DNA from: Candidatus Zhuqueibacterota bacterium
Lineage (GTDB): Bacteria; Electryoneota; RPQS01
Length of the DNA stretch: 64,000 nucleotides
NCBI GenBank assembly: GCA_016214895.1
Contig: JACRMR010000013.1
Span: 2,971-66,970, forward strand
Direction: 5' to 3'
The notes beneath the pieces were generated by a model that was not told the origin of the DNA, did no database searches, and saw nothing but the letters and a program-made list of their open reading frames with translations. Position 1 is the stretch's first letter, and the number at the start of each line of letters is the position of its first letter. Both the position numbers and the translations under genes were made by a program. Positions 56,636 through 64,000 of this stretch are shown piece after piece.

Positions 56636-57864
56636 CTATGCGGGCGCTCCGGATGGACGAGCGCCCGCCGTGGACCGAAGGCGTCATGGAGGCGAATCGC
56701 CAAAGAGTAGTAAACGTAGTCGGGCGAATAGTACCGTTCCAAATGTGCCGCCGCCCTCTCGATCTCGCTGACCGCCCGGTCCGGCAACGCGTGAGGAAAC
56801 GCACGGACCAATTTGTCAACCACATCCTGCTGGGCGTCGAACGCGAGCGGAACCGGGGGATGACCGGCGTAGGCGCGGTAGAGGGACACATCATGCCAGA
56901 ACGCAATCATCAGATCGAGAATCCGCCCGCGTCCGGCGTCCGCGCCACTGGTGAACTCTTCGATAAGCTTCTGCAACTTCACGGGATCGCAACCCGTCGC
57001 CGTCGTACGCATGAAATCGATAATTTGATTCTGAGTGGCATTCAAATCCGAACTGAGCAGTTCGCGCGCGCGCGCGACGCTGCCGCGGCTCAGCGCGGCA
57101 ACCGAGGTCGCCAACGCTCGCTCGACGCCGCGCTCGCTCAGATGGTCAATCAGCAATGAAGTCGGCAATCCGTTCAACCGGATCCGGCGACATCGCGAGC
57201 GCACGGTGTCCTTGAGCTCGCCCTCGTGTTCCGTGATCAAGATGAAGTGCGTTCGTTCCGGCGGATCTTCCAGCGTCTTCAGGAACGCACTCTGCGCTTC
57301 GGTGTTCATGGTGTCCGCGTGACAGACGATAAACACCTTGCGCCGAGCCTGAAACGGCGTCTTGTTCGCCATGCGCACAAGCCAGCGCGTGTAGCCGATC
57401 CGGATCGCGTCCTCGCTGCGGGATACGCGGTCCTCGCCGTCCTTGCCGCGGCTCTTGGGTAATCTGGTTTCCGCGTACGGGTCGGCCGCGAGTTGATCCA
57501 GGCGCTGACGCACGAGCTCCGATATCCGCAGCACAATCTCTTCCTCTTCTTCGTCGGCGTGCTTCTTTTTGGGCAACGGAAAGAGCACATGCAGATCCGG
57601 ATGCTGAAACTGAACAGACAGGCGACACTGCGGACACTCGCCGCACGAGCCGGTTTCAGTCGGGCGATCGCACAACAACAAGACGGCCAGCTCCTGTGCA
57701 ACCCCGAACTTGCCGACTCCCCGCGGGCCGCTGATGAGATAGGAGTGCGCGGGTTCGCCCGCCCATACGCGTACGCGCAATGCCGCCCGCACGGATTCCT
57801 GTCCTACGAGCGCAAAACGCTCGACCGGCGCCTTTGCTGATTTCCCTACCGCGGCTGCAGCCAT
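56632..57864 (-). CDS. holB: DNA polymerase III subunit delta'
   Basis: HSYLISGPRGVGK, CGECPQC, HPDL, AQSAFLKTLEDPP, TVRSRC; ATG 57864 preferred as start. Confidence 0.9.
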   Translation of the reverse strand: MAAAAVGKSAKAPVERFALVGQESVRAALRVRVWAGEPAHSYLISGPRGVGKFGVAQELAVLLLCDRPTETGSCGECPQCRLSVQFQHPDLHVLFPLPKKKHADEEEEEIVLRISELVRQRLDQLAADPYAETRLPKSRGKDGEDRVSRSEDAIRIGYTRWLVRMANKTPFQARRKVFIVCHADTMNTEAQSAFLKTLEDPPERTHFILITEHEGELKDTVRSRCRRIRLNGLPTSLLIDHLSERGVERALATSVAALSRGSVARARELLSSDLNATQNQIIDFMRTTATGCDPVKLQKLIEEFTSGADAGRGRILDLMIAFWHDVSLYRAYAGHPPVPLAFDAQQDVVDKLVRAFPHALPDRAVSEIERAAAHLERYYSPDYVYYSLAIRLHDAFGPRRALVHPERPHR

Positions 57865-59126
57865 TCCAGCGGATCCTTCTTGTCGCGACCGGACCATACT
57901 TCGAAATGCACGCGATAGTCTTCAGCGGCCGGATCGAAACCCGGATATCCGATGGACTGCCCCGGCTTGAGCATTTCATTAGCGGCAACTCGCACTTGGC
58001 CGAGCCGCGCATAAACCGTGTAAAACGAGCCCGGGTGCTCCACGATGCACACATTGCCGAACCCCCGCAGCCAACTGACTGAAGATACCCGCCCTTCGGC
58101 AACCGACAGGACTTCGGCATCCGGACTCGCCGCCAGCTCGATCCCCGGATTCTCTGTGACCGTAGCAAGCTCCGCGTTCTTCTGCAACCCGAATTTCCCG
58201 ACCACTCTGCCGCTCACCGGCCACGGTAAGAGACCTTTCAACATGCTGAGCGGAACTCCGGAAATCGGCTCCCCCCGCGAAATCCGCTCGATCAGGTCCT
58301 GAATAGCAGCCTGCGCCGCGATGATCTCCTCCCGTCGCCCCTCAAGCAACTCGCGATCGTTCTTCACGCTGCTGATCTGCGACTTCAGCTCGCTGCGGCC
58401 ACGCAGGAGACCGGCCGCGTCGATGGAGTAGTTCCGCTCGATGGATTCTGCGTCAAGCCGCCTCGCCGCGAGCTGGTCCTTCCGCCACTTGAGCGCAGTC
58501 GTCCGCTCCAACACCTGCGATTCCGCGTCAATGAGCGTGTCCATCGCTAACTTGGCCGCGCGAATCTCCGCATCCTGAGCCGACTGAATCCTCCGGATGA
58601 CCAGCCTCCGATTCATCAGTTCGAGCCAACTGTCTGATCCCAACAAAAACTCCAGCGAAGTCCACGTCGCCAGCCGACGGTCGGTCAACATCGTGTGCGA
58701 CATCGATTCGCCGATTTCGCGACGACGATCATCGTAAACCAGAATCGAACTGCCCAAAACAGTCAGGTCGTCCTCGCGACGCACGATCTCCGCCTCCATC
58801 GTCTCGATGCTATCGCGCAAGTCCTTGACCAGACGGCGTTGTTCGCGCAGTAATTGATCGTGGAGGCTGAATCGCTGCTCGGCGAGGTCGAGGCGCCCCA
58901 GCAAGTCCGTCTCGTGCCTCCGACCTAGTTCCAGCTCGTTGTCCAGTCGGGCTACCGCCGCCCGCAGGGAGTCCAGCGTGTGAGACGGAACGGCCAGCAA
59001 GCCCGTACTCGTGCCGGATTCCGCACAACCGCCAGAAGATATTGTAAATAAATATGTTACGGCAATCAGCAGAATTGACCACATTAGCATTAAAGATAAT
59101 AGACCGGGTGCCAACTTGCAAGACAT
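57846..59126 (-). CDS. EnvC-like murein hydrolase activator (coiled coil plus degenerate M23/LytM domain)
   Basis: N-terminal signal/TM, long coiled coil, KGLLPWPVSG, NPGIE in place of HxGxD, VYARL in place of YxHL, HFEVW...DPL.WL. Confidence 0.88.
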   Translation of the reverse strand: MSCKLAPGLLSLMLMWSILLIAVTYLFTISSGGCAESGTSTGLLAVPSHTLDSLRAAVARLDNELELGRRHETDLLGRLDLAEQRFSLHDQLLREQRRLVKDLRDSIETMEAEIVRREDDLTVLGSSILVYDDRRREIGESMSHTMLTDRRLATWTSLEFLLGSDSWLELMNRRLVIRRIQSAQDAEIRAAKLAMDTLIDAESQVLERTTALKWRKDQLAARRLDAESIERNYSIDAAGLLRGRSELKSQISSVKNDRELLEGRREEIIAAQAAIQDLIERISRGEPISGVPLSMLKGLLPWPVSGRVVGKFGLQKNAELATVTENPGIELAASPDAEVLSVAEGRVSSVSWLRGFGNVCIVEHPGSFYTVYARLGQVRVAANEMLKPGQSIGYPGFDPAAEDYRVHFEVWSGRDKKDPLEWLQPR

Positions 59127-59258
59127 TGCCTGCGCTTTGCAATTCCCGCGCAGCCGAGCTATATTTCCGGGGAGACGGCAGGGAACAGTCCTTGGTGAAC
59201 TGCCGTTCGCTCAATATAGCAGCAGGTCCGGCCGTTGCCGAAGAGGAAGCCCGAAACC

Positions 59259-61190
59259 ATGTCCCTGATCGCCGCCCTCTCTTTGATCTTGTCCGCTGCG
59301 TCCCTTTGGGCCGCGCCCTACGCTTGTCAACTGGCGAAATCGGCCACGCGGGAGCACGATGCGTCGCGTCGCACACTGGATGCCGACAGTTTGCATGGCT
59401 ACGACATGCTCTCGCTCGATCTCGACTACAGCGTCACGGCGGAAGCGGTTCCCATGACCGGAATCGCCACGGTCCAGCTGCTCTGTCGCGAATCGATGGA
59501 TGACATTCCCTTTAACGCGGAGGGGACGCAAATCCTGTCCGTAACCGAGGGCGACGCCTACCTGCCGTTCGTGCATGGGAACGACACGGTGTGGGTTGAA
59601 CGCCCGGCTGAGCCGGGTGATACACTGCGTCTCTCTTTCATGCTCTCCGTCCCGGGAAGCTGGGAGCACTCGGAGGTCGGCTTCCACTGGGGAGTGTCCT
59701 ATTATACCTTCGGAGAACCCTACGGGTCCCGGCGATGGTATCCATGCTGGGATCAGCCCTATGACAAGTTCGATCGGATCCGGACAGCCGTTGAACATCC
59801 CGATGATTGGTCCCTGGCGTCGAATGGAGTCCGTGTCGAAACGACATACCCCGCACCGGGCCGGCGGCGGGACGTTTACGAACACGATCACCCGATTTCG
59901 ACATACCTGGTGATGATGGCCGCCGGTCCGTATGCGGAACGTTATGAGACCGTCAACGGTGTGGACTATCGATACTTCACGTGGCGTGCGGATTCCATGA
60001 AGGCTGCCTACGACTGGGAGCGGACACCGCAGATGGTACAGGCATTCAGCGAAAGATACGGAGCTTACCCGTTCCGGGAGTACGGCATGGTCGAAGCCGA
60101 GCTGTTCTATGGGTGGGGCGCGATGGAGCACCAGACCTTCACGACGATGGGATACCACTTACTCGATAGCGTCCGAACGTACGAAGGCATCGTGGCTCAC
60201 GAACTCAGTCACCAATGGTTTGGTGACCACCTGAGCCCGGTGGACTTTCGCCACATTTGGCTGAACGAGGGGTTTGCCACTTTCTGTGACGTGTTGTGGT
60301 CTGAGGTATCGGAGGACCGGGCCGCATATCTGACCAAGCTGGCGTTGTTCGCCGAACATTATTTCGCGGAAGACAGGCAGTTCCGCTATGCATCGTATGA
60401 TCCGCCGCCGCAGTATCTGTTCGGCACCTGCGAATATCAGAAGCCCGCCTGGATGTTGCATATGCTACGGGAACAACTGCTCGGCGACAGCCTGTTTTAC
60501 GCGGCAATTCGGGAGTACGTCGAGCGCTTTGCCGGTGGAAACGTGGCCACCGAGGATTTCATACAAACGGTTGAAGACGTGTCCGGCCGTGAACTCCAGT
60601 GGTTCTTCGATCAGTGGATCTACGGCATGGGCCATCCTGAATTGGAGATCTCCGTTCAGCCCGGCGCGCCGGATGAGCACCATGTGACCGTGACGGTTGA
60701 ACAGCGTCAGCAGAATGCGCCGTTGTTCACGTTTCCATTGGCGATCCAGACGTGGATTGGACCGAATTCGCGGCTCGATACGCTTTGGTTCAGTCAGGTG
60801 ACACAGTCGCGCGCAATCGATGTGGGATCGGGAAACCTGGTTTCGTCCGCAAGTCTGTCCGAGTACCAGCCGCTCTTGTATCAGGGCACCGGGGCGGCGT
60901 TGTCACCATCAAACCCGGTTGTCGTTACGGGCTTCACGCTTGCGCCGGCCTATCCGAATCCATTCAACGCGGTCACACACATTCCGTTCACGATGTCTCA
61001 ACCGGCCCGCGTTGTGGTCGATCTCTTCGACATCTCCGGTCGCTTCGTTGCGCGGGTGGTGGACGGCAACTATGCCGTCGGCCCACACGCGGCAGCACTC
61101 GACTTGAGTCGATACGCGACCGGCGTTTACTTGCTGCGCGCCGGGACGGATGCGCAGTCGGCGATTCAACGACTGGTCCTGCTGAAGTGA
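59259..61190 (+). CDS. Secreted M1 family aminopeptidase with T9SS type A-like C-terminal sorting domain
   Basis: Signal peptide; GAMEH; HELSHQWFG...WLNEGFA (HExxH-x18-E); C-terminal AYPNPFN...GVYLLR...RLVLLK. Confidence 0.92.
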   Translation: MSLIAALSLILSAASLWAAPYACQLAKSATREHDASRRTLDADSLHGYDMLSLDLDYSVTAEAVPMTGIATVQLLCRESMDDIPFNAEGTQILSVTEGDAYLPFVHGNDTVWVERPAEPGDTLRLSFMLSVPGSWEHSEVGFHWGVSYYTFGEPYGSRRWYPCWDQPYDKFDRIRTAVEHPDDWSLASNGVRVETTYPAPGRRRDVYEHDHPISTYLVMMAAGPYAERYETVNGVDYRYFTWRADSMKAAYDWERTPQMVQAFSERYGAYPFREYGMVEAELFYGWGAMEHQTFTTMGYHLLDSVRTYEGIVAHELSHQWFGDHLSPVDFRHIWLNEGFATFCDVLWSEVSEDRAAYLTKLALFAEHYFAEDRQFRYASYDPPPQYLFGTCEYQKPAWMLHMLREQLLGDSLFYAAIREYVERFAGGNVATEDFIQTVEDVSGRELQWFFDQWIYGMGHPELEISVQPGAPDEHHVTVTVEQRQQNAPLFTFPLAIQTWIGPNSRLDTLWFSQVTQSRAIDVGSGNLVSSASLSEYQPLLYQGTGAALSPSNPVVVTGFTLAPAYPNPFNAVTHIPFTMSQPARVVVDLFDISGRFVARVVDGNYAVGPHAAALDLSRYATGVYLLRAGTDAQSAIQRLVLLK

Positions 61191-61948
61191 ACCCCCCGCG
61201 GTTTAGCGTCGTGATCCCCGCGCACAATGAGCAGTTTGAACTGCCGCGCACGCTCGCGGCGTTCGACGTCGCGCGCGACCACTATGCCGGGCAGGGAGGA
61301 GCGGGCAGCTTCGAGTTCATTGTGGTTGATAACCTGTCCACGGATGCCACGGCCGAGATTGCCCGAGCCTGGGGCGCGCGCGTGGTCCGCGAGGAAGAAC
61401 GTCAGATCGCGCGCGTTCGAAACACCGGCGTCCGCGCCGCGTCCGGCGACATTGTGGTCACGTGCGACGCGGATAGCGCTCCTCATCCCGGGATATTTGT
61501 CTCCGTTGACCGCCTGATGCGCGGAAATACCTTCGCGGGTGGCGTGCGGATCTGGGCGGAAGATATTCGAGCGAGTTGGTATCTGCCCTTTCTGATGGTG
61601 AATGCCGCCAGCGTCGTGATGCGATTGCCCTGTGGCATGTTCTTCCTGCGGCGCGAGGATTACCTTGCACTGGGCGGCTTCGATGAGAACTTGTACGCCC
61701 TCGAAGACGTCGAATTCGCCCGCCGGCTGCGCAAGGAAGCGCGCCGTCGGGGAATGCGAATCGCCACGCTGACGAACCGCCCAATTCTCACGAGTACCCG
61801 CAAGCTGCGACTTCGCCGCGGCTCCGAGTTGATCCGCTGGTTTACGTTGGGGCTATTGCGCCCCCGCAAATATCTCACCCGTCGCGAGTACTGGGACGCC
61901 ATTTACTACGGCCCCGGACTGCGCGACAAACACGAGCCTTCCTCATGA
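61187..61948 (+). CDS. Glycosyltransferase family 2
   Basis: FSVVIPAHNE, IVVDN.STD.T, RN.G, DAD, GGFDE....EDVEF; GTG overlaps the upstream stop. Confidence 0.9.
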   Translation: MNPPRFSVVIPAHNEQFELPRTLAAFDVARDHYAGQGGAGSFEFIVVDNLSTDATAEIARAWGARVVREEERQIARVRNTGVRAASGDIVVTCDADSAPHPGIFVSVDRLMRGNTFAGGVRIWAEDIRASWYLPFLMVNAASVVMRLPCGMFFLRREDYLALGGFDENLYALEDVEFARRLRKEARRRGMRIATLTNRPILTSTRKLRLRRGSELIRWFTLGLLRPRKYLTRREYWDAIYYGPGLRDKHEPSS

Positions 61949-62421
61949 ACCTCGCCATCCTCGCCGTCGGAAAGCTCCGCGAACCTTATTACAAAGCCGG
62001 CGTTCAGGATTACCTCGAGCGAATCGCCCGCTGGCTGCCGATTGAACAGTTGGAAGTCGCCGTCGGTACCTCGGAAGAAAGTAACGGCAAGGGCACCGGA
62101 ACGCTCGTTCGCGAGGCTGATCAACTCGAAAAGCAGCTCCAGAGACCCGGAATCGTCGTGGCGATGGACGTACTGGGCAAGCAGTTCTCGACCGAGCAAT
62201 TCTCGGCGTGGATCGTCGAATCCATGAACCGTTCGATCGGTAGGATCACCTTTGTGATCGGCGGAGCGTGGGGATTGGATCGGCGAATCTTGGAGCAAGC
62301 GGACCTGAGACTATCCCTGTCCGCGATGACACTACCGCACGAATTGGCGCGGCTGGTGCTGGCCGAGCAAATTTATCGGGCCTTGTCCTTGTGGAAGAAC
62401 CTGCCGTATCATAAGCAATAA
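61945..62421 (+). CDS. rlmH: 23S rRNA (pseudouridine1915-N3)-methyltransferase
   Basis: AVGKL.E, F.IGGA.G, SLS.MTLPH.LARLVL.EQIYRA, PYHK. Confidence 0.96.
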   Translation: MNLAILAVGKLREPYYKAGVQDYLERIARWLPIEQLEVAVGTSEESNGKGTGTLVREADQLEKQLQRPGIVVAMDVLGKQFSTEQFSAWIVESMNRSIGRITFVIGGAWGLDRRILEQADLRLSLSAMTLPHELARLVLAEQIYRALSLWKNLPYHKQ

Positions 62422-62439
62422 TAATAAGATACTTCTGGC

Positions 62440-62468
62440 TTGAAAGTCTGCGTCTATTTCCGTAAATT
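62440..62468 (+). promoter_or_regulatory. Putative sigma70 promoter for mrp-DUF59
   Basis: TTGAAA-N17-TAAATT ending 28 nt upstream of ATG 62497. Confidence 0.5.
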
Positions 62469-62496
62469 GGGCCAGCGCTTCGCTCCAACAGAAATC

Positions 62497-63591
62497 ATGT
62501 CCGACCTCAATCACGAAACAGTCTTAGAGACCCTCAAGGGGGTCAAATTTCCGCGATTGTCCCGCGATATCGTGTCGTTCGGGATTGTCAAGGGCATCGA
62601 GATCGAGAGCAAACGGATCGTCGTGAAAATCAATGTGGCGTCGCGGGATCCGAATATTCCGATCATCATCGAGCAGGACGTGACAAAGGCGCTGCATGCC
62701 ATTGCTGGAGCGCGCGAGATTCAGGTTGCCATGACCTGGGTGCAGCCCGAATCTGCGCCGCAGACGCCGATGCGCGACCCGCATGCGCGACCGCCTTCGG
62801 ACCAACCATTGTTGCCCGGAGTTCGCACAAAGATCGCCGTGGCCTCGGGCAAGGGCGGTGTGGGGAAGAGCACGGTGGCCGCCGGGCTTGCCATGATGCT
62901 GCAGAAGCTCGGTCATACGGTCGGGCTTGTGGATTTCGACGTGTACGGCCCCAGCGTACCGACACTCATGGGCGTACACACCCGGGCCCGCGCCTTCAAC
63001 AACCGGATCCTGCCGATCGAGCACAATGGCCTGAAACTGATGTCGATGGGCTTTCTTGTCGATCCGGACACGCCCATGATCTGGCGCGGACCGATGGTTC
63101 ACCAGGCCACCGAACAATTCCTGCGCGATGTGGAATGGGGTGAACTGGATGCGCTGATCGTTGACCTGCCGCCGGGTACAGGCGACGCCCAAATGACGCT
63201 TTCGCAAAAGATCAATCTGGACGGCGCGATCATCGTTTCGACACCGCAGGACCTGGCCTTGATCGATGCTCGTAAAGGCGCCGCCATGTTCGAAAAGCTC
63301 AATGTCCCGATTCTGGGCATCGTGGAAAACATGTCCGGATTCACTTGCGATCATTGCGGCGAAATCACGTATATTTTCGGCAAGGGTGGCGCGGAAGCTG
63401 AAGCCCGTCGATTGGGCGTGCCGCTCTTGGCTGCGATTCCGCTCGTACCGGCGCTCGTGGCCGCTTCCGATGCCGGCGACCCGACATCCGCAATCGAGGC
63501 CCATGCCGGATTGCGACAGCAGTTTCTCGACATTGCGACGCGTGTTGCCGACCAGATCGGACTGGTTTCACCGGCTCCACTGACGAGGTGA
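62497..63591 (+). CDS. mrp: Mrp/ApbC (NBP35 family) Fe-S cluster carrier ATPase
   Basis: VASGKGGVGKST, D.DVYGPS, WRGPM, DLPPGTGD, VSTPQ, ENMS.F.CDHC, IFG.GG. Confidence 0.95.
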   Translation: MSDLNHETVLETLKGVKFPRLSRDIVSFGIVKGIEIESKRIVVKINVASRDPNIPIIIEQDVTKALHAIAGAREIQVAMTWVQPESAPQTPMRDPHARPPSDQPLLPGVRTKIAVASGKGGVGKSTVAAGLAMMLQKLGHTVGLVDFDVYGPSVPTLMGVHTRARAFNNRILPIEHNGLKLMSMGFLVDPDTPMIWRGPMVHQATEQFLRDVEWGELDALIVDLPPGTGDAQMTLSQKINLDGAIIVSTPQDLALIDARKGAAMFEKLNVPILGIVENMSGFTCDHCGEITYIFGKGGAEAEARRLGVPLLAAIPLVPALVAASDAGDPTSAIEAHAGLRQQFLDIATRVADQIGLVSPAPLTR

Positions 63592-63596
63592 ATTGC

Positions 63597-63896
63597 ATGC
63601 CCACTCCCGAACAAGTCTATCAGGCCTTGGCGCAAGTCTATGACCCGGAGCTGGCGCTCCCGATCACCGATCTCGGACTCGTCTATGATGTGCAAGTTGA
63701 GGGCTCCCGCGCCGATGTCAAAGTCACGCTCACTTCTCCCGGCTGCGCACTCGGCGGTACGATTGTGGAGTACGCCCGCCGCGCCGCGCTCGGAGTGGAG
63801 GGTATCGAAGACGCGATTGTCGATATTGTTTGGGATCCGCCGTGGTCCATCGACATGATGAGTGACGAAGCACGAATGCGCCTCGGTATGCTTTGA
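63597..63896 (+). CDS. DUF59 / SufT-like metal-sulfur cluster assembly factor
   Basis: V.DPEL...I.DLGLVY, TLTSPGC, VWDPPW...MMS.EAR..LG; ATG 63597 after GAGGTG. Confidence 0.93.
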   Translation: MPTPEQVYQALAQVYDPELALPITDLGLVYDVQVEGSRADVKVTLTSPGCALGGTIVEYARRAALGVEGIEDAIVDIVWDPPWSIDMMSDEARMRLGML

Positions 63897-64000
63897 CATC
63901 GCCGACCGCTCTTCCCCTTTAAGCATGTTTCCCGCGAGAACAGTAAGGGCCCATTCCTCGAACGCGACTCGAACGAACGGCAACCCATCGCAAACTCGCG

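Noticed and set aside
57846..58260. Loss of Zn ligands in the M23 domain as a sign of pseudogenisation
   Set aside because: Degenerate LytM sites are the normal state of EnvC-type amidase activators, and the ORF is intact.
60752..61186. Apparent long N-terminal extension of the GT2 ORF
   Set aside because: It lies within the aminopeptidase gene; the GT2 domain starts right after GTG 61187.
62419..62427. TAATAATAA triple stop after rlmH
   Set aside because: Tandem stops in an AT-rich spacer just upstream of a promoter; nothing suggests recoding.

Overview
A GC-rich bacterial chromosomal window made up mostly of core housekeeping genes. Bases 87-32260 hold the transcription/translation supercluster: secE, an inserted Zn-finger SAM methyltransferase, nusG, rplKAJL, rpoBC, rpsLG, fusA, then (with no tuf) the S10, spc and alpha operons through rplQ and an intrinsic terminator. 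A run of tightly abutting or overlapping + strand genes follows: hutU, a crotonase, hutI, DUF72, a GGDEF diguanylate cyclase, glgA, an NHL-repeat lipoprotein, a ~1130-aa outer-membrane protein, an Omp85/TamA-like protein and RNase E/G. Next come rplU-rpmA, mdh, elbB and an orphan PAS histidine kinase. A - strand operon encodes an EnvC-like M23 protein, holB, PSP1/RicT, metG and a RadC with an unusual N-terminal methyltransferase-fold domain. The window ends with an M1 aminopeptidase carrying a T9SS-type C-terminal domain, a GT2, rlmH, Mrp/ApbC and a DUF59 protein. The T9SS-type tail, the uL2 DHPMGG motif and fusA-rpsJ adjacency suggest an FCB-superphylum organism (inference). I found no rRNA, tRNA, CRISPR array or mobile element. 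The most notable oddities are the methyltransferase-like/RadC fusion, the methyltransferase splitting secE-nusG, a probable ACG start for infA, the three-gene outer-membrane module, a candidate structured RNA upstream of the histidine kinase, and a 26-nt palindromic tandem repeat between rplK and rplA.
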